Shown in pieces: positions 29,119-35,927 of a stretch of 64,000 nucleotides of DNA; positions within the stretch are counted from its first letter, which is position 1; every line of letters begins with the position of its first letter. Source of the stretch: a virus. The DNA lies in the IMG/VR virus record IMGVR_UViG_3300032323_001800, positions 1-64,000 of that record; one strand, 5' to 3'. A program made the translations under genes and the position numbers. The notes beneath the pieces are model-generated. The model saw only the letters and a list, made by a program, of their open reading frames with translations. It searched no databases and was not told the DNA's origin.

Positions 29119-30560
29119 GACTAAGACAGCTATTTGAAGATGCTGGAAAAACAGTAGCAGTTACATTTGGTCGGCTGAATCCTCCCACCATCGGTCATCA
29201 AAAACTAATTGATGCAGTATTAAAACAAAAAGCCGATGCGCATTTCTTGTTTGTGTCTCAGACACAAAAAACTACCGGAAAGAATCAAACAAGACTGTCT
29301 AACCCAATACCGTTCGATACTAAATTAGGGTTTATACAAAAAGCATTTCCAAATATCAATATCGGTGATACATCTGCGAATACAGTAATTGGTATGCTTC
29401 AATATTTAGAAAAACAAGGGTTTGAAAATGTAATCTTTGTTGGTGGTTCAGATCGTGTTGCTGCCTTTGAAGAATTGTTTAATAAACAAAATGGTGTTGA
29501 TTACAATTTAAAATCTATTAATGTTGTTTCAAGCGGTGACCGAGATCCTGATGCCGACGGTGCTGAAGGTATGAGTGCAAGTAAGATGAGAGCAGCGGCA
29601 ATTGCTAATGACTTTGAATCTTTTAAAACAGGATTGCCGACAGGACTACAAGGCGATGCTAAAACTGTATTTGCTGCTGTTCGTCAAGGACTCGAGCCAT
29701 GGCTTGAAACTACTGCCGAAGAAGATTTCTTCGGTGGAGCTAAATCTTTAGGCCCGTGGTTTTTGAAGAAAGACGGCGATGTTCTTCGTACAGTAAATGG
29801 CGAACCATTTAAGTTTAAGAGCAAAGAAGATGCAGTTAAGTGGGCAATGAAAACCTACAAAGTCAGTTACAAACAACAGCGTATTATTCCTACTGTTAAT
29901 CCAGATAAAAATTTAGTTACTACAGAAGCACCTATTGAAATGGATCCTAGCGAACCAATGAATCCTATGATATACGGAGCTGGCGGAAATCCTGCTAAGT
30001 TACAATATCGTATGATGAGGGCTGCAAATCAATTAAAAGATTTGTCAGCTAGAGCTAGAGAAGCTTCACCAAGTGAATGGCAGATTATCTCTAAACAATT
30101 TGACGAGCTAGCAATGAACATTAGTCAAATTAAGCACGGTTTGGAAGAACTAGCAAAGCAAAGACGTAAGGGTGGAGTTCGTAGCCGAGGCATTGATCCG
30201 ATGATCGATAGCGTCGAAGAAGGATGGAAAAGTAAAATGGCAGGTGCTGCATTAGCTGCCGCTAATTTATTAGGTAGTCCGGCACAAGCACAAGAACCAG
30301 TAAAGCCTATTACAATTGCCTATGTAATGATCGACGGAGAAATGAGAAAGTATAATCTCGGTGATAAATTTGATAATGCTAGAGACGCAGAAAAATTTAT
30401 CAGCGATATTCTAGATAAAAAAGGTCTGTCAGGTTATACTTTAGATATTAAACATGGCTATCCTAAAAAGAAAGAAGTTAAAGAAAGCTATGGTCGTTAT
30501 TGGTGTTCAACTGATAAAAAATGGAAGACACGTAAAGGTCCTAAACAAAAGAGATCATAA
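29115..30560 (+). CDS. HIGH-family nucleotidyltransferase (cytidyltransferase/NMNAT-like) fused to additional modules
   Basis: TFGRLNPPTIGH and GMSASKMR (KMSKS-like) in the first ~190 aa, then several Glu-delimited modules. Confidence 0.8.
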   Translation: MRLRQLFEDAGKTVAVTFGRLNPPTIGHQKLIDAVLKQKADAHFLFVSQTQKTTGKNQTRLSNPIPFDTKLGFIQKAFPNINIGDTSANTVIGMLQYLEKQGFENVIFVGGSDRVAAFEELFNKQNGVDYNLKSINVVSSGDRDPDADGAEGMSASKMRAAAIANDFESFKTGLPTGLQGDAKTVFAAVRQGLEPWLETTAEEDFFGGAKSLGPWFLKKDGDVLRTVNGEPFKFKSKEDAVKWAMKTYKVSYKQQRIIPTVNPDKNLVTTEAPIEMDPSEPMNPMIYGAGGNPAKLQYRMMRAANQLKDLSARAREASPSEWQIISKQFDELAMNISQIKHGLEELAKQRRKGGVRSRGIDPMIDSVEEGWKSKMAGAALAAANLLGSPAQAQEPVKPITIAYVMIDGEMRKYNLGDKFDNARDAEKFISDILDKKGLSGYTLDIKHGYPKKKEVKESYGRYWCSTDKKWKTRKGPKQKRS

Positions 30561-30769
30561 TGAATATTGATGATTTAAAACGACTAGCCGGTATCAATGA
30601 ATTTAAAGGTTATCAACCATACGGTGGATCTAATGTGTCTATCACTGGTAACGAAAAACAAGAATTAGAAAAGAAACACAATATTAAACCAGGAACTCCT
30701 GAATGGTTTCAACTTTGGTTCAGTAAGCCATATCTTACTGGGGAACCACCTATAGGAAAAAGAAAATGA
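30560..30769 (+). CDS. Small hypothetical protein ([14 protein letters not shown])
   Basis: 69 aa, coupled on both sides. Confidence 0.6.
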   Translation: MNIDDLKRLAGINEFKGYQPYGGSNVSITGNEKQELEKKHNIKPGTPEWFQLWFSKPYLTGEPPIGKRK

Positions 30770-31092
30770 TTGAAATCACAGAGTCAGCAAAACAAAAAGT
30801 CATAGACTTATTGATTGATGAAAACAATCCAAATTTAAAACTGCGTACCTTTGTACAAGGCGGCGGCTGCTCTGGCTTTCAGTATGGTTTTACATTTGAT
30901 GAAGAACAGAACGAAGATGATTTTGAAATTATGCTCGATGACAAATATAAATTATTAGTAGATGCTATGAGTATGAATTATATGCAGGGTGCTGTAATAG
31001 ATTTTAACGATGATATTATGGGTTCTAACTTTAATATTAAAAATCCTACCGCTCAAACAACATGCGGCTGCGGTAGCAGTTTTTCAGTATGA
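30766..31092 (+). CDS. erpA: A-type Fe-S carrier (ErpA/IscA, HesB family)
   Basis: [17 protein letters not shown] and C-terminal TCGCGSSF. Confidence 0.92.
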   Translation: MIEITESAKQKVIDLLIDENNPNLKLRTFVQGGGCSGFQYGFTFDEEQNEDDFEIMLDDKYKLLVDAMSMNYMQGAVIDFNDDIMGSNFNIKNPTAQTTCGCGSSFSV

Positions 31093-31166
31093 ACCCAAAC
31101 AATTATCCAGTATATCCAGAGGACGACGGCTATGACACTCCAAAAAATCCTTACAGCCCTGTATAA
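31089..31166 (+). CDS. Micro-ORF, 25 aa ([25 protein letters not shown])
   Basis: ATGA overlap with the erpA stop; not in ORF track. Confidence 0.4.
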   Translation: MNPNNYPVYPEDDGYDTPKNPYSPV

Positions 31167-31284
31167 AAATTTTGTAGCAGGAATGTATGTTTATGCAATC
31201 GGTATGAGTCTTGCATATGCGGGCGATATCGGTCAAACATACGATTGGTGCGATCCATCATATTGCTGTAATCTAGAAAAATAA
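31132..31284 (+). CDS. Micro-ORF, 50 aa, hydrophobic core and Cys-rich tail
   Basis: [50 protein letters not shown] fills the gap to 31290; GAGGA upstream. Confidence 0.5.
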   Translation: MTLQKILTALYKNFVAGMYVYAIGMSLAYAGDIGQTYDWCDPSYCCNLEK

Positions 31285-31289
31285 ATTAA

Positions 31290-32756
31290 ATGAGAGCACA
31301 CGAAATACAACCTCAAAAACTAGTTGTCTTTGACATAGACGATACGTTAGTTAATACTCAGACTAAAGTTCATGTCATCAAAGACGATGAAGTTATTAAA
31401 AGTCTTAACAGCCACGACTTTACACATTATAAATTGCAGCCTGGTGAGGAATTCGACTTTGGTGATTTTCGCAATGCTCGAGAGTTCTTTGAAAAGTCCA
31501 AACCTATCATTCCTATGATGAATCAACTCAAGCGTGATATTAATACAGGCAATAAAGTTGTTATGGTAACTGCTCGTGCTGACTTTGATGACAAAGAACT
31601 GTTCTTAGATACCTTTCGTAAGTACGGTGTAGATATGAATAAGGTACATGTTTATCGTGCCGGCAATATCCAAGGTGGTACTACTGAAGAACGCAAAAAA
31701 TTAATTATTAAAAATTTATTAGATAAAAATAATTACAGTAAGGCAATCATGTACGATGATGCTAAACCTAATCTACATACATTTATAGAGCTTAAAAAAG
31801 ATCATCCTCGTACTAGATTCTATGCGTGGCATGTAAGTTTAGACGGCGAAGCAAATGAATATATGAGAGAAGGTGTTGTTACTGAGAAAAAAAGAAAAAA
31901 ACGTAAGCCTCGCTGGGCCGCGTATGGTCCAGGACCTTACGGTGGGTACGGATATGCTACTGGATATAGCGGGGCAGTAGGCGGATCAGTCGGCGGCGAT
32001 GGCGGAAGTGGTGGTGTAGGTGAAAGTGTAGAAGAAGGTTGGAAGGATTGGGTAGCGGGTGCAGGATTAGCTGCTATGGCGGCAGGTGGGGGCGGCGCTG
32101 CCTATGATGCTTACAAAGCCAGTCAATCTGAAAAAGAACCTACAGCCGTAGTAGCAAAAGCTGATAATAAAAGTAATTTTGAAAAAGGTGTTGAACGAAT
32201 AGCCAAAGACGCAATACCCAAACATTTAGTTTCAGGCTCACCACACGAAAAGTTTCTAACTAAAGCAGCTATTGCCGCAGGTATCAAGGGCGAAGAGCTA
32301 GCACAGTTCCTAGCACAGACCGCACACGAATCACACAACTTTAAATCAATGATTGAGTATGGTGGTTCATTAGATTTTAAAAAATACGAGCCTGTGTTTA
32401 AAAAAGATAAAAAAGGTAAAGTAGTACAAGTTAATGCTAAAGCTAAAACACTAGGTAACAAAGTCAAAGGCGACGGCGCTCGTTATAAAGGTAGAGGTTA
32501 CATACAACTTACTGGTCGATACAACTATAAAAAAGCAGGAGAAGCTCTAGGCTTACCTTTAGAAGCTAAACCTGAGTTAGTTGAAAAACCAGAAGTAGCT
32601 GCGCAAGTGGCAATATGGTTTTGGCAACATCGTGTACAACCAAGAGTTGATAACTTTGGTGATACAAAAGCATCAACTAAACCAATTAATCCCGGTCTTA
32701 AAGGATTAGATGATCGTAAAGAAAAGTTTAGTGATTATAGGTTATCGATGAAATGA
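31290..32756 (+). CDS. Fusion of HAD phosphatase, Gly-rich linker and GH19 lysozyme-like domain
   Basis: N-terminal LVVFDIDDTL, TAR and MYDD HAD motifs; C-terminal AQFLAQTAHES...YKGRGYIQLTGRYNY...AIWFW. Confidence 0.85.
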   Translation: MRAHEIQPQKLVVFDIDDTLVNTQTKVHVIKDDEVIKSLNSHDFTHYKLQPGEEFDFGDFRNAREFFEKSKPIIPMMNQLKRDINTGNKVVMVTARADFDDKELFLDTFRKYGVDMNKVHVYRAGNIQGGTTEERKKLIIKNLLDKNNYSKAIMYDDAKPNLHTFIELKKDHPRTRFYAWHVSLDGEANEYMREGVVTEKKRKKRKPRWAAYGPGPYGGYGYATGYSGAVGGSVGGDGGSGGVGESVEEGWKDWVAGAGLAAMAAGGGGAAYDAYKASQSEKEPTAVVAKADNKSNFEKGVERIAKDAIPKHLVSGSPHEKFLTKAAIAAGIKGEELAQFLAQTAHESHNFKSMIEYGGSLDFKKYEPVFKKDKKGKVVQVNAKAKTLGNKVKGDGARYKGRGYIQLTGRYNYKKAGEALGLPLEAKPELVEKPEVAAQVAIWFWQHRVQPRVDNFGDTKASTKPINPGLKGLDDRKEKFSDYRLSMK

Positions 32757-32947
32757 GAGCGCACGAGTTTATCTTAGAGAACTTTGCAGATGGTAAAGTT
32801 AAAGGAAAAAGTCGTCCAGGACGTGTAAAGCGTTCAGGAGCCAGTTGTAATGGCTCCGTGACTGATCTAAGAAAACGTGCTAAGAATTCTTCAGGTGAAA
32901 AAGCTAAAATGTATCACTGGTGTGCCAATATGAAAAGCGGTAAATAA
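32753..32947 (+). CDS. Small basic putative internal head protein (MRAHEFILE...)
   Basis: N-terminus resembles the T4 capsid-targeting sequence MKTYQEFIAE. Confidence 0.6.
   Translation: MRAHEFILENFADGKVKGKSRPGRVKRSGASCNGSVTDLRKRAKNSSGEKAKMYHWCANMKSGK
32941..32946 (+). promoter_or_regulatory. TAAATA 4 nt upstream of the ATG at 32951
   Basis: GGTAAATA-ATGT-ATG, no SD; overlaps the upstream stop. Confidence 0.4.
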
Positions 32948-32950
32948 TGT

Positions 32951-33136
32951 ATGAGATTTGAAGAGCTTACTAAACAATTTAAATTCTTTAAAGCCAAGGT
33001 TAAAATTAAACAACCTGGCTATTCTCAACTCATTGATACAACAATTAATGCTAAAGACAGAGAGATGGCTAGAAGATTGCTCAAAGCACAGTACGGTGCT
33101 ACATCAATTATAGGCACTGTAACGGAGATAAAATGA
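32951..33136 (+). CDS. Small hypothetical protein (MRFEEL...)
   Basis: 61 aa with a CTS-like start. Confidence 0.55.
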   Translation: MRFEELTKQFKFFKAKVKIKQPGYSQLIDTTINAKDREMARRLLKAQYGATSIIGTVTEIK

Positions 33137-33825
33137 AAGTAAAAGAAATCATACAAGAACGCGAACAGAAACAATTTGAAAAAAGTGTAACTGAAGGCCC
33201 GTTGGAGTTTAGAACCCCAAATCCTGTTGTAGTAATACAGGATCTTAAAGGTAAGATGTTAGATAAGTTAAATTTATCTGTAGCAGCACAAAAATACAAT
33301 TTAGGTCAGCCGCAGGATATAAAAAAACAATTAGCGCACCAGAATTACACAACTATAGGTGATTATGTTATAATTGCTCCTATGTCTGGGCAACCACAAG
33401 ACAAAACCACGCAGGGTATGGCAGAAAGAGTAAGAGACCCAGAAGATTGGGATGAAGGTAACACAGAACCTGCTAACAACTTTGCTGTTCATATTAACGG
33501 CAAAAAGTGGAAAATATTTAAAGGTCGCGGACAATTTGCCGACGACTATAAAGAAAGAGATCACTATCGTCAGCTTCAAAACTGGGCTCAAGCAAAATCA
33601 GAACAAACTGGTAAAAAATGGGAAGTTTTTGTTACAGGTGCCCCTGCTACAGAGAGCATTAAAGAAACTGCTACAGCAGGTGCTACATCATCGGGTAACG
33701 TTAGTGTAGGTGCTGTTTATAAGAATAAACCAGGCAAAACAGCTAAGAATAAAGACGGTACTGCTAAAAACGCCCTAGATATGAAAAGTACTAATCTACT
33801 CACCGGCGGCAGCATAAAAAGATAA
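33133..33825 (+). CDS. Modular putative internal head protein
   Basis: MKVKEIIQE start; internal VTE, GMAE, ATE and IKE junctions; ends with the ETATAGATSSGNV module. Confidence 0.6.
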   Translation: MKVKEIIQEREQKQFEKSVTEGPLEFRTPNPVVVIQDLKGKMLDKLNLSVAAQKYNLGQPQDIKKQLAHQNYTTIGDYVIIAPMSGQPQDKTTQGMAERVRDPEDWDEGNTEPANNFAVHINGKKWKIFKGRGQFADDYKERDHYRQLQNWAQAKSEQTGKKWEVFVTGAPATESIKETATAGATSSGNVSVGAVYKNKPGKTAKNKDGTAKNALDMKSTNLLTGGSIKR

Positions 33826-33828
33826 ATA
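33823..33828 (+). promoter_or_regulatory. TAAATA 5 nt upstream of the ATG at 33834
   Basis: GATAAATA-TACTT-ATG, no SD; overlaps the upstream stop. Confidence 0.4.
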
Positions 33829-33833
33829 TACTT

Positions 33834-34178
33834 ATGAAGAAACAAATTTTTAGAGAGTTTTCAAACGATCAAGATCAATCTAGAGTAGATGATCATGAAG
33901 CTAAAATGGCTCGAGCAGACCTATATAAGTTAGCAGAGTATTCTGTTAAGCTTTTTAAAATGATCGACGAAAATGAAGAATTAGATGGGTGGGTACAGGC
34001 AAAAATTACCAAAGCATCTGATTACATTTCCAGTGTATATCATTACCTCGAATATGAGAAAATGACAGCACGAAAAGCAGATTCACAAGAACCGGTTGAA
34101 TCTATCGACGAATCTGTTTCTAAACAAATTACAGAATCTTTAGCCACTGAATGGCAGAACATTAAAAATCAAGGATAA
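33834..34178 (+). CDS. Putative internal head protein (HEAKMARADLYKL...WVQAKITKASDYI module)
   Basis: MKKQIFRE start; IDE and ITE sites at the C-terminus. Confidence 0.6.
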   Translation: MKKQIFREFSNDQDQSRVDDHEAKMARADLYKLAEYSVKLFKMIDENEELDGWVQAKITKASDYISSVYHYLEYEKMTARKADSQEPVESIDESVSKQITESLATEWQNIKNQG

Positions 34179-34183
34179 TAAAA

Positions 34184-35221
34184 ATGGATTTCAATAAAAT
34201 CATCGCTAAACTCAAAGACATTGACCCAACAAATGTTCTTGATCCAAAAGGCGTTTCACAAGCAGCAATTGACGCAAACCGACCAAAGGCCGCTGTTCAG
34301 CTAGACGAATCTGCTCAGCTACGTGTGCTGTTAGGCAGATCAACTATGCTTGCAGAAAGTGCGTTAATGGAAAAGAAATTAACCGCTGCTGAAAAAGATA
34401 AGAAAGAAGAAGTAGTTAAAAGCATGAAAGGCGATAAAAAAGGTTTCATGAAACGCTATGGCAAAAAGGGCGAGGAAGTCATGCATGCCACAGCTACTAA
34501 AATTGCTAAAAAGAAAGACGAAAGTGTAGAGATTCTTGACACTGATGAAGAAATTGCTGAAGTGTTTGATGCCGATGCTAAAGTAGGCGACAAGAAGAAA
34601 ACATCGTCTGGCGTTGCTACAAAAACAGCAACTGGTATGAAGCATGAAAAGACTTATGGCAAGGATGCTGACGGTAGCGATGACGAACCAAAAGCTAAGA
34701 AGAAAGTCAAAGAAGAAATGAAAGTTGGCGATAAGAAAAAATCTGCCACTGGCGGTACTATTGAAAAAACAGCAACGGGTATTAAGCACACTGGCGGCAA
34801 AAACTACAGTGGCAAGACTGCCGAGAAGGAAGAAAAGAAAAATGTCAAAGAAGCTTCTAAGCCAGACTTCTTAGATATGGACAAAGACGGTGACAAGAAA
34901 GAGCCAATGAAAAAAGCAGTTGCTGACAAGAAGAAAGGCAGTGCTCCTAAGAAAGGTGTAAATCCTTTTGCTAAGAAAGCAGTTAAGGAATCAGTTGATT
35001 ATCAAAATAAATTGACTTTCATCAAATGCTTACAAGCAGTTAAAGAGAGCCAAGGTCAGCTACAAATTGATCCAATGGACAAAGCTCTTTGGATGTGGGC
35101 CCAGCGAGTTGCTGCTTCTAAGGCAGGTTCTGGTAATAGAGCAGATGCGTTTGCTGCCAAAGTATATGAATCATATGGCGGCGAATGGTCATTGTATAAT
35201 ACATTAACCGAAACACAATAA
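34184..35221 (+). CDS. Lys/Glu-rich modular putative internal head protein
   Basis: Many LDE, LAE, IAE and VKE junctions; duplicated KVGDKKK...KTATG module; KPDFLDMDKDGDKKEPMKKA module. Confidence 0.6.
   Translation: MDFNKIIAKLKDIDPTNVLDPKGVSQAAIDANRPKAAVQLDESAQLRVLLGRSTMLAESALMEKKLTAAEKDKKEEVVKSMKGDKKGFMKRYGKKGEEVMHATATKIAKKKDESVEILDTDEEIAEVFDADAKVGDKKKTSSGVATKTATGMKHEKTYGKDADGSDDEPKAKKKVKEEMKVGDKKKSATGGTIEKTATGIKHTGGKNYSGKTAEKEEKKNVKEASKPDFLDMDKDGDKKEPMKKAVADKKKGSAPKKGVNPFAKKAVKESVDYQNKLTFIKCLQAVKESQGQLQIDPMDKALWMWAQRVAASKAGSGNRADAFAAKVYESYGGEWSLYNTLTETQ
34580..34812 (+). repeat. Duplicated ~30-aa module KVGDKKK..G....KTATG.KH
   Basis: KVGDKKKTSSGVATKTATGMKHEKTYGK and KVGDKKKSATGGTIEKTATGIKHTGGKNYSGK; end coordinate approximate. 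Confidence 0.7.
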
Positions 35222-35240
35222 TTTACCATTTGGTAAAAAT

Positions 35241-35271
35241 AAAGCCAGTCATTCATTGACTGGCTTTTTTT
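35241..35271 (+). terminator. Rho-independent terminator
   Basis: AAAGCCAGTCA-TTCAT-TGACTGGCTTT followed by TTTT. Confidence 0.85.
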
Positions 35272-35284
35272 ACGGCTGTATAAT
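35256..35284 (+). promoter_or_regulatory. Sigma70-type promoter TTGACT-N17-TATAAT embedded in the terminator
   Basis: TTGACT at 35256-35261, TATAAT at 35279-35284. Confidence 0.75.
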
Positions 35285-35304
35285 AGTTCTATAGGAGAGA
35301 TAAT

Positions 35305-35568
35305 ATGTCAACAAGAATGTACGGTCCCGAAGAAAAAGCAAAACTTGAACGTCTTATTACCGAAGGCGGTAATGTGCTACGTGAGGTTGAAGATCTAACA
35401 GAAGGCCTTAAAGAAACTGTTAAAGCAGTAGCAGAAGAACTACAGATTAAGCCGAGTGTAATTAATAAAGCAATTAAGATTGCGCACAAAGATAATTGGA
35501 AAGATCATGAGCAAGAATGGAACGACGTCGAGATGATTCTAGGCGTTACTAAGCGATTGCCTGAATGA
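35305..35568 (+). CDS. T4 DsbA-like dsDNA-binding protein
   Basis: 87 aa helical; EELQIKPSVINKAIKIAHKDN resembles T4 DsbA DELGVDGKMFNRLLALYHKDN (recalled). Confidence 0.6.
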   Translation: MSTRMYGPEEKAKLERLITEGGNVLREVEDLTEGLKETVKAVAEELQIKPSVINKAIKIAHKDNWKDHEQEWNDVEMILGVTKRLPE

Positions 35569-35858
35569 TAGAATTTTTTCAAAAAAGTTATGATTGGGCT
35601 AAACAAGATTATCAAGAATGGCCATTAAGGTTTGTTCTTGAAATCACTGCTTGGTTTATGAGTATCTGTTGTACTATCTGGATGGGTGCTACTTTACCTA
35701 ATCCGCCGTTTCTTATTTTATACCCATTGTTTATTGTACAATGTACAATTTTTGGCTGGGCAGCTTGGACTAGACGCAGTACCGGAATGGTGGCAAACTA
35801 TCTATTAATTGTCACTATAGACATAGTAGCACTGGCTCGTTTGATAACTATACAATAA
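35565..35858 (+). CDS. Small multi-pass membrane protein
   Basis: Three hydrophobic segments. Confidence 0.6.
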   Translation: MIEFFQKSYDWAKQDYQEWPLRFVLEITAWFMSICCTIWMGATLPNPPFLILYPLFIVQCTIFGWAAWTRRSTGMVANYLLIVTIDIVALARLITIQ

Positions 35859-35898
35859 GAGAAAGGTTTGATCAGCCATAAATGATTATATTGGTGTT

Positions 35899-35916
35899 TG
35901 CGAGCCCTAAGTCGCA
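35899..35916 (+). promoter_or_regulatory. Hairpin abutting the SD of the DNA polymerase gene (candidate autogenous translational operator)
   Basis: TGCGA-GCCCTAAG-TCGCA immediately followed by TAAGGAG and the ATG at 35928. Confidence 0.5.
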
Positions 35917-35927
35917 TAAGGAGAAAT

